Positions 24,840-39,253 are shown, numbered from the whole stretch's first letter. The stretch is DNA of 63,999 bases, filler included, from Perkinsus olseni (GCA_013115125.1; 16 parts of 16 records of this genome joined end to end with filler, not necessarily neighbours in it), one strand, 5' to 3'. Notes: generated by a model not told the origin, from the sequence alone. Numbers and translations are program-made.

Positions 24840-27800
24840 GTGTGCAAGAGGTGGAGCTCTGTGCTCCGGTCGGACTGGCTGTGGAAGGGCCACTGTGAAG
24901 CACGTGGTTTTCACCATTCAACCGAATCGACTCCTAAGACGAAAAGGTACTGCCCACTGGTCGTGTTTCCTCTTCTGAACTTACGTTTTGACGTTATTAG
25001 AAAATGTCGCATCACTAGTGACCGAAGGTTGATAAACGGAAGAGGTGGTGATCGTTCGTTGGTGCTATAATAAGTTATAATTTATAACAAGCTATCCGTC
25101 ATTTAGAGTATATTCAGTACTACACCATTTCCCGTGCAAGTTTGACAAGTGAACAGGCAAGAATGACGATGCCACGAGAGAGTTTGACAATGAACTTTGA
25201 CACTTGTCAAATATGTCAGTACCTAGAATGTCATTGTCAAGTCCCAAGACACGGAAGGGGAAGGGCATTCACCGTACATAGGCTCTACGGTAGAGTAGGG
25301 AGTTTAATAAATAACCCTACGCGTTACTACTGCATTTCCTCTTCAACGTTACTAGACAATTTCTAATTGGACGTTAATTTCTAAGAAACTAACGCCTTTC
25401 CGGCGATATGTGGTTATCGTTAGTGACCACTAACTTCTAATGATTATTATCGTTCCGGCTGATGAGGAGTTGTGTGTTTGTGCGGCGCAGTGGAGGTGCA
25501 GTTGCCGCAGTGCTTCGTGCTGGTGACGGGTTGGTTGTGTTTCAGAAATTGTCATTCCGAGGGTCATCGAAGTACTGCGGTCTGGCGAGACATCTATCGG
25601 AAACGCCACTCGGTTGAGAAAAGGTCAGAAGGGGGTAGGGGGTGGAAAAATGCCGAGCACCGGAGTCGATCCTCAGACAGTTGACGATATGCAAGGGTGT
25701 AATAGGGCCTCTTTGCCTAGGACTAAGGGCGACACTTGCTCTCTTGCAATTCCTCAACGCGTACCTTGTCAGCTTTGGGTTATACTTGTAGGTTCGGCCG
25801 TGGACAATACGTCGAAAGGAAGAGAGACTCGCGATCTGCACCTATACTGGATTTGAAGGTAGCTCACATGTGGATCTTGCAATCTTGCATTTCCTCAACG
25901 CCATCAGACTTTTTCCGCGTCGGCGTTAGCTGCATGCCGGTCTGGCCGGTTACTGGTGTACGATTTGTCGGGGAGTGCCGAGCCGCTCGGAGGGGAGTGG
26001 TGGACGACCGTCACCAAACCGAAAATGGAGCTGGTCAGGCCCTTACGGACAGGTGGTAGAGGCGTCCCTTCCCGGCTCTGTGTCCGGCGATTGTGCGGTT
26101 GCTCTCACACTGTTAACTACGATAAACGACCTGCGTCATTTCCTGATCAGTTCCAAGAATAGACACCTTCGTTTCATAGAAACCCGTTTCAATTTCTGGT
26201 GATCGAAAATTTTCGCCGGAAATTTGTCGATCTTTATAGTGAATGTAATACACGAAATGGGAGTGCCAGTTCTAGGAATTGATCGGAAAACGGTATTGTT
26301 TCTAATGAACGACAGACGAACTAGTCTATTAAAAACGACGGGCCAACTAGTATTGAATAAACGACCGAAGAATTAGTCTTCAAGTCTTTAATGATCGATA
26401 GAAGAACTAGTACGATCCCGGAATGTCTCTGGCCTGTCCAATAGATATCGATAAGGCCGAGTGTTGACCGGCGGGTATGTTCAGGTGAACCCTTCTCGGT
26501 CAAGCCAGTTGCTGCTTTCACATGCGCTCCGTTGTCTGAGGGATATGTTGGCGCTGGTTATGCTGGTAATGGGGGTAGGGTGAATTTCGTGGCGCGTGAC
26601 GACCTGTACGCTTTCGGATTCGATCTGATGGTCCGCGCGTAGCCAATTTCAGATCTCTCGGAGTTACCGACTGCTTCGCTTTCTGTTCTGATGGGGGTTG
26701 CATCTGCCTCGCACGAACAACAGTTTTCTGCGAAGTGAAAGCCTGATGGGATTTGAAGCTCGCGTCTTTCGTCTCAAGCGTATCGAGAATTTTGTGGCGA
26801 AAAATTTCCATCAGGGAGGCGAGTGTGGAGCTCGTTATTCTTATTATCCACCACTTGTAGAATTGTCCAGTGAATCTAGTATGAATCAGCGATGTTCTTT
26901 GTACTGCGGGTGTAGTTCCAGTGTTGCTGTCAGATGGTTCGATAACAGTATGGCGGCTGGGGACTAGGGAGGGCGTAGCGAATTGGATGGGCCATAGAGG
27001 AGGGGCAACCACATCAATTTGTCACGTGGAAGGTGACGAGTTGGGAGAAGAGTGGTATGCGCGCATGCGCATTTTCTCCGGCCAGGGTCGAAGCTTGCTT
27101 CTGCCGGGTCTGATGGATACTGCTGTGTCTGGGACCCGTCCGCGGCCGCCAAGTGTGTGTGGTCTTCACCACCCCCGGCGTGGGAAGGAGAAGATGTAAT
27201 TTCGTGGCGCGTGACGATGCTGCAGCATTTTCGGTACGAGCAAATTGATGCAGTCACTGGTTAGCAGGTCGGCGGAATTTGGAGTAACTCAGTAGCGCGC
27301 GAAAAATTTAGAATGATGGCTGCTCTTGTTTTCTTCGCGGGAAGGCATCTGGCTTCGAAGGGTATTCAACGCATGTTGCAATCGATTGGATATAGCTGGG
27401 GTGACAGCAGTTTCCGCGACCATGCGGTTGCTACAAGATTCGGTGGCCAGAGGACCACCACGTTGCGTTGTTGTGGTCGCTTGACCACTCGAAGTGAGTG
27501 AGGAATAATTTCCTGGCGCGTGACCAATCGATCTGAGTGAGGTATAATTTCGAGGCGCGCGCCTTTTTCAGCCGTCTATGCGCATCAGAAAGCAGTTCAC
27601 CAGCGTATCCCGAGTCGATGCTGCCGTCATCATAGCTGGTCGGAAAGATTCTTCTTGGCGGGCGTATGATACTCGAGTTGGAGGACGGCATACTGAGGTC
27701 TTAGGTCGAGGTCGCTGGAGTCCCGTGAAATATTTACCGTTAGGTGGCGAAATACGACATGAATGATTGGTGCATGTGCGTCGAAGCCGACGGCCAGGGT

Positions 27801-28569
27801 TCTCATACGGTAGGTCCAAATCGATCAGAATGGCGAGCGCTTTTGCGAGACCCTAATCATATAACACTTTCCTATATCCTCTTCTCTGCCACGGTTCTCT
27901 CCTTCGTCTCATCGAGCTCGAATTGGACCCGGAACGCTGTCATCCCCTCACTTTGAACCCTGGAGCTGGGCACGCAGCCGTTTCTGACACCCCTAGCCAC
28001 AGCAGCCACACTATCGAGATCGGAATCAACGAAAATTTCTGTCGCTCAACACGGTGAAATTTGCCTGCTGTTTTTGAAGCGTTGTTCATCCGCTCATTTT
28101 CATATTCAACACGGCGCGTTGCCAACGCGGCGTTGGATAAGACCTATCAGTTCGACTTGTCAAGTCTGTTCGACGAATCCGATTCGTATGAGCACGTGAA
28201 AGACACTAGGCCGGGGGCTCCAGGTGGCAGCCGTTGGTCTGATCACGCGCGGCTGCAGGTTCGGGCGAGCGACAAATCAGTGAAGATCTTTGATATCAGA
28301 CGTGTAGGTTCAGAAAGAGGAGAACCACTACAGGAGCGGCATCAAAGTACGCGATGCAATCGATCGGCCGGGCGAGCGCTTTTTCGTCTACAGGTTCTCG
28401 TTTGTTGACCCGGTTCTGTTCGGATGGGCGTTATCGTTTGGTAACGTGCGGATTGGACGGGCGAGTCCTCGTGTCCAGTCTCGAGAACGATTCGAAGCAG
28501 GTCTCGGAAGTTCACAGTGAAGACGTACGGGGGTGTTGTATCATTCGGTTGTATCACGTGCTGCCATGA
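24840..28569 (+). CDS. F-box/WD40-repeat protein, multi-exon, 5'-partial
   Basis: VCKRWSSVLRSDWLW (F-box C-terminal half, 24840), WRDIYRKRHSVEKR, then WD40 repeats DGSITVWRL...GH, LASAGSDGYCCVWD, ASDKSVKIFDIR, LVTCGLDGRVLV; 3' end approximate. Confidence 0.8.
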
Positions 28570-28767
28570 AACTTGGGAAACGTGGGAAAGTATCCTGTAG
28601 CGGGCCGTGTGAACCCCGCTGGGAGCTGAGGTCCAATGAAGGGCTGAGGCTCAAGATCTTCACCACTNNNNNNNNNNNNNNNNNNNNNNNNNNNNNNNNN
28701 NNNNNNNNNNNTTAATTAATTAANNNNNNNNNNNNNNNNNNNNNNNNNNNNNNNNNNNNNNNNNNNN

Positions 28768-28838
<71 letters not shown>

Positions 28839-28864
28839 GGGATGATTAGTAGTTGTTGTAAGCA

Positions 28865-29423
28865 ATGGGTGGTAAGAGGGAGAGGAAGGCACGTAACCCT
28901 GCAGAACAGCAGAGACGGTTAGAAAAGAGGAGAGAGAAGGCTAAAATCAAGAAGTACACCACCATGCCCATAACGATGGTAATCATCGCCGTTTACGAGT
29001 TCAGGAATAGACTGTCAGCGTTGGAAGGATGGGTTATGAAGAATAGCCCATCTCAAGTAGAGGATAGTATTAAATCATTACAGAACATGTTGAAGCGGGC
29101 ACGCAAGGAGGGACGGTAGTAGTACTAGCCACTGGGGGGGGAGGAGGAGACTGCTTAGGCCCGACTTTGAGATATCACATAAGCTGTCCCAATTGGAATC
29201 AGCATATGAGAGGCTGAAACCAAAGATGGTGGCAATGGATAAGAAAAGGCAGGAGATCGAGGTAATGATGATCGTAATGGGCATCATCATCATACTACTA
29301 CTGAGGATGCTCTTCCTCTGCAGGCTGCCAAGGCCACACGACAGATCAACGCTGATTGGGCAGACCCAGCTAGTAAGGCTAGACGTAAGGCTAAGAAGGA
29401 GGTAGTAACAGGGTGGGTGGGTG

Positions 29424-29455
<32 letters not shown>

Positions 29456-30557
29456 GTGTGATACTGTTACTGGTAGGCTAAATATTCGGTTTATTATGAT
29501 GAGCGATTCAACCCTTTTGGCATACCACCCCCTGGCAAACAGACTTTATTCCGGTAATACCCCCTCCACTGCGGCGGCGGCGGCTGCTGCTGTTGTGATC
29601 TGAGTATATGGTGTTAGACATAAGGATGGCACTTTACATAACTATCCACCACCGGACATTTCTGATGATGAAGATGATAGTAGTGATGATGATGACGACG
29701 ACAGCGAGGTCGATAGGGTTATGAGACAGGTAGGCTACTATCACCACCATCACTACAACAACAACACGCTCGTCATCACTCAGCGAGCTGCTGCATTACA
29801 GCGGAAGAGGGCAGGCAGCAGCAGCAGCAGCAGCAGTAGTGACGATGATGATAGCTCATCATCATCATCCTCATCTAGCAGTAGTAGTGATGAAGATGAT
29901 GGTATGTCAACACTACGGCTGTGGCTGGTCTCACCCTCCTTCACAGATGATGCAAGTGGGGAGGTAGACGAGGATGGTAGGAAGAAGCAGCGGCGAGAGG
30001 GAGAGGAGGACCAGGCCCCCACTAAGGAAGTTAAGGTAGTACTACTAACCACTAGTTCTATACATGATCCTCAGAGTATATCCTCAGATAACATCATCTC
30101 ATGTGCCCCTTGCTGCTGTTGGTGGCCCTCCTCCTCCTCTGCCTCCTCCTCCTCCTCCTCCTGTTGTACCACCTGTACCATTGCCTCCAGCGATGCTACC
30201 TCCACATGGAGTACCCCCACCATTCATGATACCTCCTCCCGGAGGGCCTCCTCCCGCTGCTGCTACCGGGGGCAGTCTACCTTTCATACCGCCACCACCT
30301 CTACCTTCCTTCCCTACTGCTGCTGCTGCTGCTGCTGGACTACCGTTACTCAATGTAATCAGTCTGGGTTATGATAGTAGTATAAGTATGCTGTATTATT
30401 AAGATACCCCCTCCACCACCAACGCTATTCGCCCCCCCTGGCAGTATCAGGCAGTTCCCTCCTCAGGGAGGTATCATGCCCCCTCCCCCTCCCCCTCCCC
30501 CTCCCCCTCCTCCAGGAAGGTAGTTGATAGTTGCAGGTTATCAATCTACTACACTCC

Positions 30558-30605
<48 letters not shown>

Positions 30606-30792
30606 CAGTTTACCCATCCCTCCTGCCCCTCCTGCCCCTCCTGCCCCTCCTCTTGTTGAACATAAGCCTATGCCCCCCGGGGGGAAGGGTTCGAACTCAT
30701 CAGACCCCTACGAGAGTACCACCTTACACACCAACAGTAGCTGTATGATGATGATGATGATGATGATGATGCTGTCAGGAGCCCGACAGGCC

Positions 30793-30830
<38 letters not shown>

Positions 30831-31306
30831 TAAGGCTGCCCAAGAGAGGGCACGGAAAGATGAAGCCGCGAAGAAATCAGTAGATGGGAAGGTATGGGTG
30901 GCCCCCTTCATACCACAACTTTAGGCAATCCTGGAGCGCTTTGCGGTGGAGGGTGGTGATTCGTCTAAGGCGGGTGTGGTAGCAGAGGCGAAGGCAGTTA
31001 AACCACAACTTAAGCTGTTTGTAAGTAGTCCCCAGAGGGCAGGAGAAGGGTCAGCTTCGATAACAGGTGCCCAGCCAAGTACGATCATCAACTTCTAAGA
31101 CAGCAGCAGCACCACCTGAACTCATCACTCTTGATAGCGATAAGGTCCACATCAAGAAGAAGGCAAAACAGGAGGTCCTTCCTGTGGGACAGCAGCATCC
31201 CCAGGGAGTAGATACGAAGAGCTCTGCTGCACCGCCTACCGGCAGTTTAGAAGACGATTTTGATCGCTTCATGGGGGAGGTTAACGAGATGGGCGTCGAA
31301 GAGTAA
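28865..31306 (+). CDS. WBP11: WW domain-binding protein 11 (WBP11/NpwBP/SIPP1) splicing factor, multi-exon
   Basis: N-terminal RNPAEQQRRLEKRREKAKIKK, acidic/Ser tract, poly-Pro region, C-terminal DDFDRFMGEVNEMG match the WBP11 layout. Confidence 0.8.
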
Positions 31307-31451
31307 CAGTTTCATCACGTTGACGCTTTGTGTTGTTGGGAGTAGACGGCTAGCCTGCAACCTTCTATGGACTGACCCTCCGTTACTACTTGTATAACAC
31401 AGACTTGAATGATAAGAACAACAACGTTAGTATTATGCATCATTATGGTAT

Positions 31452-32125
31452 CTACACCCGAGTATCCCTACTCAGTGGTAACTTATCCATAACACTGATA
31501 GTCTCGATACGTTTGGATATACCTGATGTATCCCATACCACTCCAGACGCAACTCTTACCCGACGACGGAATGATCGTCCAAGAGGGGTATCAGGTGGAT
31601 GAGGTGGGGTAGTTCGGGTATTGTATTGAGATGATATTGTCCGGGGCGAGTGGAGAACTCTCCGTTGAGGAGTTGATAGCAAGAGGGACGTGGACGCTGT
31701 ATCATTAATAACGCCCCTTCCTGCTGCTGCTGTCGTCCATCGACCTAGATCGGGTACACTACGGCTAGTACCGAGCAGTGTGGTGCTTCTAGATAGGGCT
31801 CGATGATGATGAGGGGTTGATGGTGTCCTCGAGATGAGGTTGTTGGTGTTGACCTTACCAACCGGAGTAGATAATAATGGCAGCACCTCCTTGGGAACGT
31901 CATCCTCCGAGAGGTTGTTGCCCACATACAAGGACACCTCCTCATGGGCATGTTGATGGGTGATACTCTCAGCATGATGACCATCAGCATGATGACCATC
32001 AGCATGATGACCATCAGCATGATGATGAGTGAGCATATGAGAGGATGGTGGCCCCTCGTCTATTACCTGTCGACACATCATCACCATCACCCCAATGCTT
32101 GAGCTCCTACCTTCCCATCATCATC

Positions 32126-32165
<40 letters not shown>

Positions 32166-32379
32166 ACAGGTGTAACATGGGTGATAGAATTATCATGCTG
32201 GGAGGGAGCTATCACTACGGCATCAGCAAGCTTCCTAAGAGGCCTTCTCCTCGCCATACCCTCATTGCCTGATAATGATGATGATGATAAGATTCGGGGC
32301 AGGCATGAGCAGCACCTACCAGGGGGAGGCGGCTTATCAGCGTCCATCCTGATACCATACTTATTGGAGATGTCCTGAA

Positions 32380-32425
<46 letters not shown>

Positions 32426-32611
32426 GATGGGAGTAATGTCGAGTACCTCCACCCTCCCTCCTCCCTGCCGTTGTTGCTGCTTATTGGATGCTATCCGCAG
32501 GGCGGTTGAACGGTTGTGGGCCACTACTGGTGGCAACTGGAGACTAGGGGAGTGGAAGGAGGAGGATGCCATAGTCTGAAGAATAACCCTAGGACCCACA
32601 CTAGGACCCAC
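31452..32611 (-). CDS. Low-complexity hypothetical protein convergent with WBP11
   Basis: Adjacent 174-aa and 212-aa ORFs with poly-S, poly-Q and HHADG x3 (15-bp repeat ~31971-32025). Confidence 0.45.
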
Positions 32612-32655
32612 ACTAGGACATTGACTAACAACACAGTGATGGTTGATGCTGACAC

Positions 32656-32726
<71 letters not shown>

Positions 32727-33577
32727 NNNNNNNNNNNNNNNNNNNNNNNNNNNNNNNNNNNNNNNNNNNNTTAATTAATTAANNNNNNNNNNNNNNNNNN
32801 NNNNNNNNNNNNNNNNNNNNNNNNNNCCATCGCAACACAATGAATGCCTAACTCGAGATCGCACGTCTAGCGGCTTTGCTGCGAGTGTGCCTAGTTGCGC
32901 AACACAACCGTGGGTGAGCTCGTAGGTAATAGCAGTAGTGCGGGACGAACGAACCTCAAGTCAAAGAGGCTCGAACGGAGGGAGAATCAAAAAGCTACTG
33001 AAAGTCTGCAATTCCGGAGAAAACCCAAGCTTAGAGGCACGCAAGTACATAGCTTGAGCAGAGCGAACCGTTGCACCAATACAAAGGCGAGCAAAGGTAA
33101 CACGAGTTCCTTCCACAGCCACGAAAACCAGCGCGCGCCACAGAGTTAGGCCCCCCCACAAGATATGGGTGGCATTCGAGAAAATGTTGGGTGGCCATGG
33201 CCACCAAATGCCATCCCCTGGCTACGCCTATGCCGAGAGGGTCTATTGTGTGGCCAGCCTGCGTTATAAGTGGCAGCACCATGAGCGGGGCGCGAGCTAT
33301 GAGCCTGATCGATATGAACAGAAGTTGCGTCACGCTCCTTTGTTCATTGATCTTTCACACTTCATTACTGTGTTGAGTTCCCCAGTGGGCAGGCACCCGT
33401 ACACTAAGCTCTTCAGCTTCACCCGAGCCGGTACATCCCATATTTTTAAGCATTGAGTATGTTACAGAACCAACACAAGTACCTCCGTGAAGTGATTGAG
33501 ACCTAGTAACCGAATGACGGATTGATGTCTGTTGACGCTCGGCTTCATAAGCTCTCTTACAACTGACGAAATCGCCT

Positions 33578-34224
33578 TTAGGACGAGAACGTCGTTGGAA
33601 CAGTAGCTGCTTTTCCTCGACAAAACAAAAATTCTTCGCATAATACTACTAAACCCTTAAGGATTGCTTGAAGAGCCTCAGTTCCCTTGAGAGCTTCATG
33701 AGCTTGTAAAAACACTCCGAAGGATGACGAAACAGATGACGAACCCATGAGAGTATCACTCTTAGAGTGACAAAAAAGTAGGTGCTGTCTCACACTGCGA
33801 CAAGTTCTCACCGGCAACTGACCGCAGCATAACCATAAAGAGAGCTATGAGCAAGGGCTACTATCGTCTCCACTCAGTAACCGGGCAGTCTTGCAGAAAG
33901 CTTATGTCGTACATATAACTTCTTTTCAAAGAACTCGGTCGATGATATGCCAAGGCAAAGCCGCTGTATATTGTACTCGGTGTACCTGTTTCTCAATGGA
34001 TCGGTAAAGTGTATCCCATCCGGATAGAAGCGAGACGGAGAGTACTCCGGATAGCTGCGCCACGAAGCTCCAGGATTGCATCGAAAACAGACTTCCGCTT
34101 TTTCTGGACCGTCCTGACGGTATTGAAGTTCGAATCCCTTATAGGAGTACTCGTACTTAACCACTTGGCCGTTCACCGCAGTGAGAAGGAAGACCGACAG
34201 GAGCGACTTCAGGATGGTAAACAT
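33578..34224 (-). CDS. Predicted secreted hypothetical protein, probably spliced
   Basis: Signal-like MFTILKSLLSVFLLTAVNG|Q, 116-aa first ORF, downstream open segment to 33578; 3' structure uncertain. Confidence 0.6.
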
Positions 34225-35728
34225 ATTTGAGAAGACAAGGTGGGTAATACTGTTTCTCTCAGCCCAAGGTTAAGCCCTCCCAGCACTGAACTCAAAGGCA
34301 TCGCTGGCTCCGGAGCCAACCGAAAATGGTGGCAGCGGCTACGTGGGGTACCGAAATGTTAACCATACTCACAACATGATAATTTGGCAGAGGTTCCTCA
34401 GCGAGGTTACGCGTGCACTAAGCGCGCTGCGCTTAGCCTAGCTCCATGGACATTGTTCACGCGTGCCCACGGAGCGTCATCAGCGTCGATTGACTTCAAT
34501 AGCAGGGCCCTTTCGTGGAGTGGGGCGGAATCCTCGTTAAACGAGCGACCTTCAATAACTATTCACAAACAAGTGAGCCCAGGTCAGATGGCAATCTCAA
34601 AAATTCAGCCCACAGCGACATACGCGGCGCATATTTGAGCGCCGGGGCTCGCAGCATTTTCCGTGCGACGCGACGTACTCGTGGCTAAGGCGTCTCGCTA
34701 GCTTAGCTCAACAACACTGCTTGTTTATCATTGTGTGGCTGAATTCTTAATGCCGAGACTCCCGACTCGGGGGCGGAGTGACTGATTGAAGTCGTTCGCC
34801 ACCGGTCTTGAATGTGCAAGACGGAATGGTATTCCGGCAAGTTTGAGGCTTCGGTAGCTCCATCAATGAATCACGATGAGTATACGTGCTAGCCCGAGTG
34901 GGACAGTCCCCGAATGGCCCGCTTTAAAGCATCCTTGGTAGAAGACCTTACCTTGAGGTAGGAATAACAATTGCATGCTAAAATTCGAGAGTCTGCACGA
35001 ACCAGTCTCGTTGAGGAGCGTAGAGTAGGAGCTTGAGACGTCGGCCCCAGTACTAGGTCCCTAACATGGCGCCACCGTTCCTGTCCCCAGCGCCACGGGC
35101 GTCACCATCATTACACATTGCCGTAGACTTCTTGCTCATACGTGAAACACAAGGCCAAAGGGAGCTTGAGAGATGGATCTTATGGAATTGCTGAAGCCCA
35201 GACTACTCTGCACGCATAAACCGGGACGGAGCGTAACACACATTTGTCTTAGTGCACGACTCCACGTCAGTACTGAGCCGATGTGATTGCGAGTATGGCC
35301 GGGGATTGAATCAGTGAGTACGGGTCTGCTAGACCCGGTCTAGGCCTGCGGGCCTCTCAGCGCGAGGAAGGCGAGATGTGATGGGGATTGCGTAAGTCCA
35401 CTGGCACATGTTGCCAGTGGACTCACCGTCACAAATATAGATAAATTCTGTCAGACAGTTTATGCGCAAGTCGATGTAAAGTGATTATCAGATGGTTCAT
35501 TAGAAGGCTTCCCTCAGAGTTCTTCTAACATGAGGCCCTTTCCTCGAGTGGGCGTCTCTAAGTCCGAGAGTCTCAGAGATGAATACTTCACCTCTTTGTC
35601 TGTCTTTTTTCAACTGTTGAACGTCCAACCCTATCAAAGTTCGACATTCCATTGCCGCACCTGCTTAAATGCTGCGGCCGGCCTACGGATCAGCACGACG
35701 TGTTAGTACTGATCCTGTCAGTCTGGTA

Positions 35729-35910
35729 GTTATCATTGATAACATCGTTAATAACGATGTCGATAATCAGTCGATATCATCGTTGATAACTTATCAACCA
35801 GGTTGGAGGAAATCTGCTTCGATCGACATGCAATCGAGACTCGATTATCGAGTGTCTTGCTCAGTACTGAACATTGTTCAGTGAACAAAGTCACTGACTT
35901 TGAATCAGTT
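35729..35910. repeat. Chain of abutting short palindromes
   Basis: GTTATCA-T-TGATAAC (35729), ACATCGTTA-A-TAACGATGT (35742), GTTGATAA-C-TTATCAAC (35782), ACTCGAT-T-ATCGAGT (35839), ACTGAACA-T-TGTTCAGT (35866), AAAGTCA-C-TGACTTT (35888). Confidence 0.9.
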
Positions 35911-36606
35911 GTTACACTAAATTGGGTACCTTGCATAAGTCAGAACTTCATGAGTCTCAACGATTTCAAGTCCGTAGCGTAACGTTGTAGTCGTCTCTCC
36001 TCAGTTCTAACTTCGGAACTCGACATAGGGAGGCGGGAGGCCAAGTAAAGAGGGCCCGCGCGCTGGCTTGGCGCGAATGCGGGCCGCTAGCTAATATAGC
36101 TAATCTGTCTACTTCATCTACCGCGCACGACGTCACGCTGTCTCCTTCTCAACGATTCCACCACAAACGTTCAACTTGATTGACGTTCAACATTCCATAG
36201 CGGTGACTTCTGTCAGATTGAAACTGTCCTTATATACGAGCAATACATGATTTAGTTATCACGACTTCCTGCTCTGAGGCTTCGACCAGCTTCTTCTGCG
36301 TCTTCCTCCATCCTCGCGGCCTTCGTCCCAGCTGCTGCCGTCAAGAGGTCACCCGGCCTTGGTCAGAGCTGCAAGTTTTTTCTATGCAAAAATCCAATAG
36401 TGAGCCTCGAACGGAGGCAGGTACACAAAAGCATGCCTATCCCGCTCTACAATAGGCCCCTGCGAGCATCAAGATACTGCATGAGAGCTAAACAAAGTTG
36501 ATTAAAGGACTTGCGTCGCTTTTGGGGTTGGGGCTCTTCCAAATACAACGGCACTGCTAGCTGCCGTGAATTCACCACAGACCCACAGAGTCTGTGGCAT
36601 AGACGT

Positions 36607-36775
<169 letters not shown>

Positions 36776-38815
36776 AGTGGGTNNNNNNNNNNNNNNNNNN
36801 NNNNNNNNNNNNNNNNNNNNNNNNNNTTAATTAATTAANNNNNNNNNNNNNNNNNNNNNNNNNNNNNNNNNNNNNNNNNNNNATGTATGAATCCGATGAG
36901 TGAACGAGTACTCAGTGTACGAGCCGTGTACGAAGCGATAGTGTACGAGTTTTCGATATACGAATCGTAATACACCCAACCCTAGTAGGGTTACCCTACT
37001 TTTCTGCCGCATCGGCTGCACCGACACATATCCGGCACTGCCGGGCCTGCTTTCCCGCTATATTCCTGCGGACCAAGGGTTGCCCGGGCTCTGGTTCCTC
37101 AAGTCTCTTGGGTTCGTCCTTCGCGCAGTTCGCATGGACCTTGGGTTTGCAGACTTGCCAGTCCACGCTGTGCCTACCCCAGAGTTGGTCCCTGTGTGTT
37201 CCGCAGTGTGGACAGCGAAGGTTTCCGCGATGGGCTGTTCGCTCGCTTCGAGTACCTGCGGCAGTCACTGCACACCGCGTCGGTCCTTTCCGCTCTACCC
37301 CAGTTCGTTACCCGGCAGTGGTTCGGATCGCCTGAGGCAATTGGCCCGGCCATGTTGGCCCCACTGCACCTTGCACGGGTCAGGGCTCCCAGATTAAGGA
37401 TGACTCACTGCTCTGCACCATGGCACCTGGGTGGACGGCCTTCATGCTGTGCATCATGGCGTCCTGCTCCATGGAAGCCTCCACTGATAGTGTCCTGCTC
37501 TTGCAGACTAGGGGAACGGATTACTCATTCGCTCTCAGCCTCAGAGCCAGAGGTAGGCTCCCGGCGGGTTCCCGCCCGCCCGCGAGTCGATCAGGCGGTC
37601 GAGGAGGTGAACTCCTGGAGTAACTCCAGGCTCCGCTGACCCGTTCAGCCACCGCGGCTACTCTGTCGCTTGTAGCGCCTGCGCGGACTCATTCTCTACT
37701 TACGTGACGCTAGTTGCGTCATGAGCTTCGGTGTCGTTATTGCCAGTGGCGACTCGTCACCATTTGTGTGTCCACTTTATACGCGTGCTTTGTGACAACT
37801 CCTTTGTCTCATACCAAAGGCTGTGGTCCACAACCACCATCTCTTTGCGTCACACAGTTCGTGGAGCTACGTGCCCATTCACGACGCTTTGAGTCGTCTA
37901 CTTCGCCACTGACTCGTGCTGCTTCGGCAGTAGGCACGGCCTTCACAAGGCCTTCCCGGAGATTCTTCCTCGGTGGGTGTCGGGGTTGTACTAGCACCTC
38001 GCGCATACGGCCTCCCGACCAGCTTCTCCTCGGGGCCCCCGAGTCGGAGGATATCACAGCTGCTGTGATTGCTGCAATCAGCGTCTCCGATCTCCTTCTA
38101 CGTTCGTCTCAACCCACGCGGCGCTACGCTTCAAAGCGTCGCGCATACACCGTATCCACGGCACAGCACTCGGTAGGCACTCGTTAATCTCGCTAGTCAG
38201 CGGCTCCTCGTTCCAATCGTGCGCGGGCTTTGTGCCGCAGTACTGCCAGGGCACCTCTGCGCTCGCCACTTGACTATGCTACAGTTCCGATTCTCGGCGC
38301 GACATTTGCATCAACGCGCAACCTCACCAGTGCGGCACTGGCAGTGCCTGCCTGGAGCCCCCAGTCAGTGTCTCCTCCAGTCTGGGGGCGACCCTGATCC
38401 ATCGCGTTCCTGTGTATCCAGCAGCTTCGACAGAGCTATGCTTCACCTCAGCCTCAGGCGGCGGGGTTGCCCCATTCGGTTAGTTTGGCCGTTAAACCGG
38501 CACGAGTCCTGCAACGTCGTGGCCCTACCCTGTAGGACCTACAGCAGGTGTGCTTCACCCCGTGTGGAACTCGCGACGACGGGATTTCCCTCACTCGTAG
38601 CATTTTCTGAGCATGCAGTGCTGAACCAGACCACATTATGCCTTTTTCGTCGGAGCTCCGGGGCGCATCACAATGTCTTCACCATCATTTGGTCACGTTC
38701 CGTCATGTTGAGCTCGGTCTCGACTCGATCGTACCGTTGGTTGGCGACCAATGGTCGCCAGGCAGAAGGGCCTTCTCCCCGGCTGTTCGATTCGCGACAC
38801 GAGCTCTCTTCCCAT

Positions 38816-39253
38816 GGGTGGCGCGGCGGCTTCGAGTCCCTTCAACGTTGCTATTAGCATAGGGCTACTCGTGTTAATCTCAGACCCCAGCAGCTCATGC
38901 GCATTCTTCAACCCCATCAAGTACGTCTTAGCGGTCCCAGCGTTCCCTATGTTAGCAATTCAGTACTGGATCTCCTGTAGATTGGCTGGCATCGGTGCCC
39001 GCATCCTCTTGTCGGCTTTAGTCAACTCGACCGTGAACCTGATCCACGACCGCACCCCCACCGCGTACGTCTTCGCCGTGGCTGGGCGGATACTGCGCGC
39101 TGCGACCGCCCACGCATCTTGCTTCAACCGTGCCACATCTCTGTCGCCCTCTCCTTTCCACCGCGGCACCGTGAGTTTAGCCCGCAATGTTCCTTCTTCT
39201 CCCCAGTCTTGCCATTTTGCCAGTAACCAGCCTAGCGTCGGTGGCTCATTCAT
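38816..39253 (-). mobile_element. DIRS-type tyrosine recombinase N-terminal (SAM-like) domain, pseudogenised
   Basis: SIRPATAKTYAVGVRSWIRF...PMPANLQEIQY*IANIGNAGTAKTYLMGLKNAHELLG...MLIATLKGLEAAAPP with one in-frame stop; catalytic half (~37800-38700) too decayed to confirm. Confidence 0.65.
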
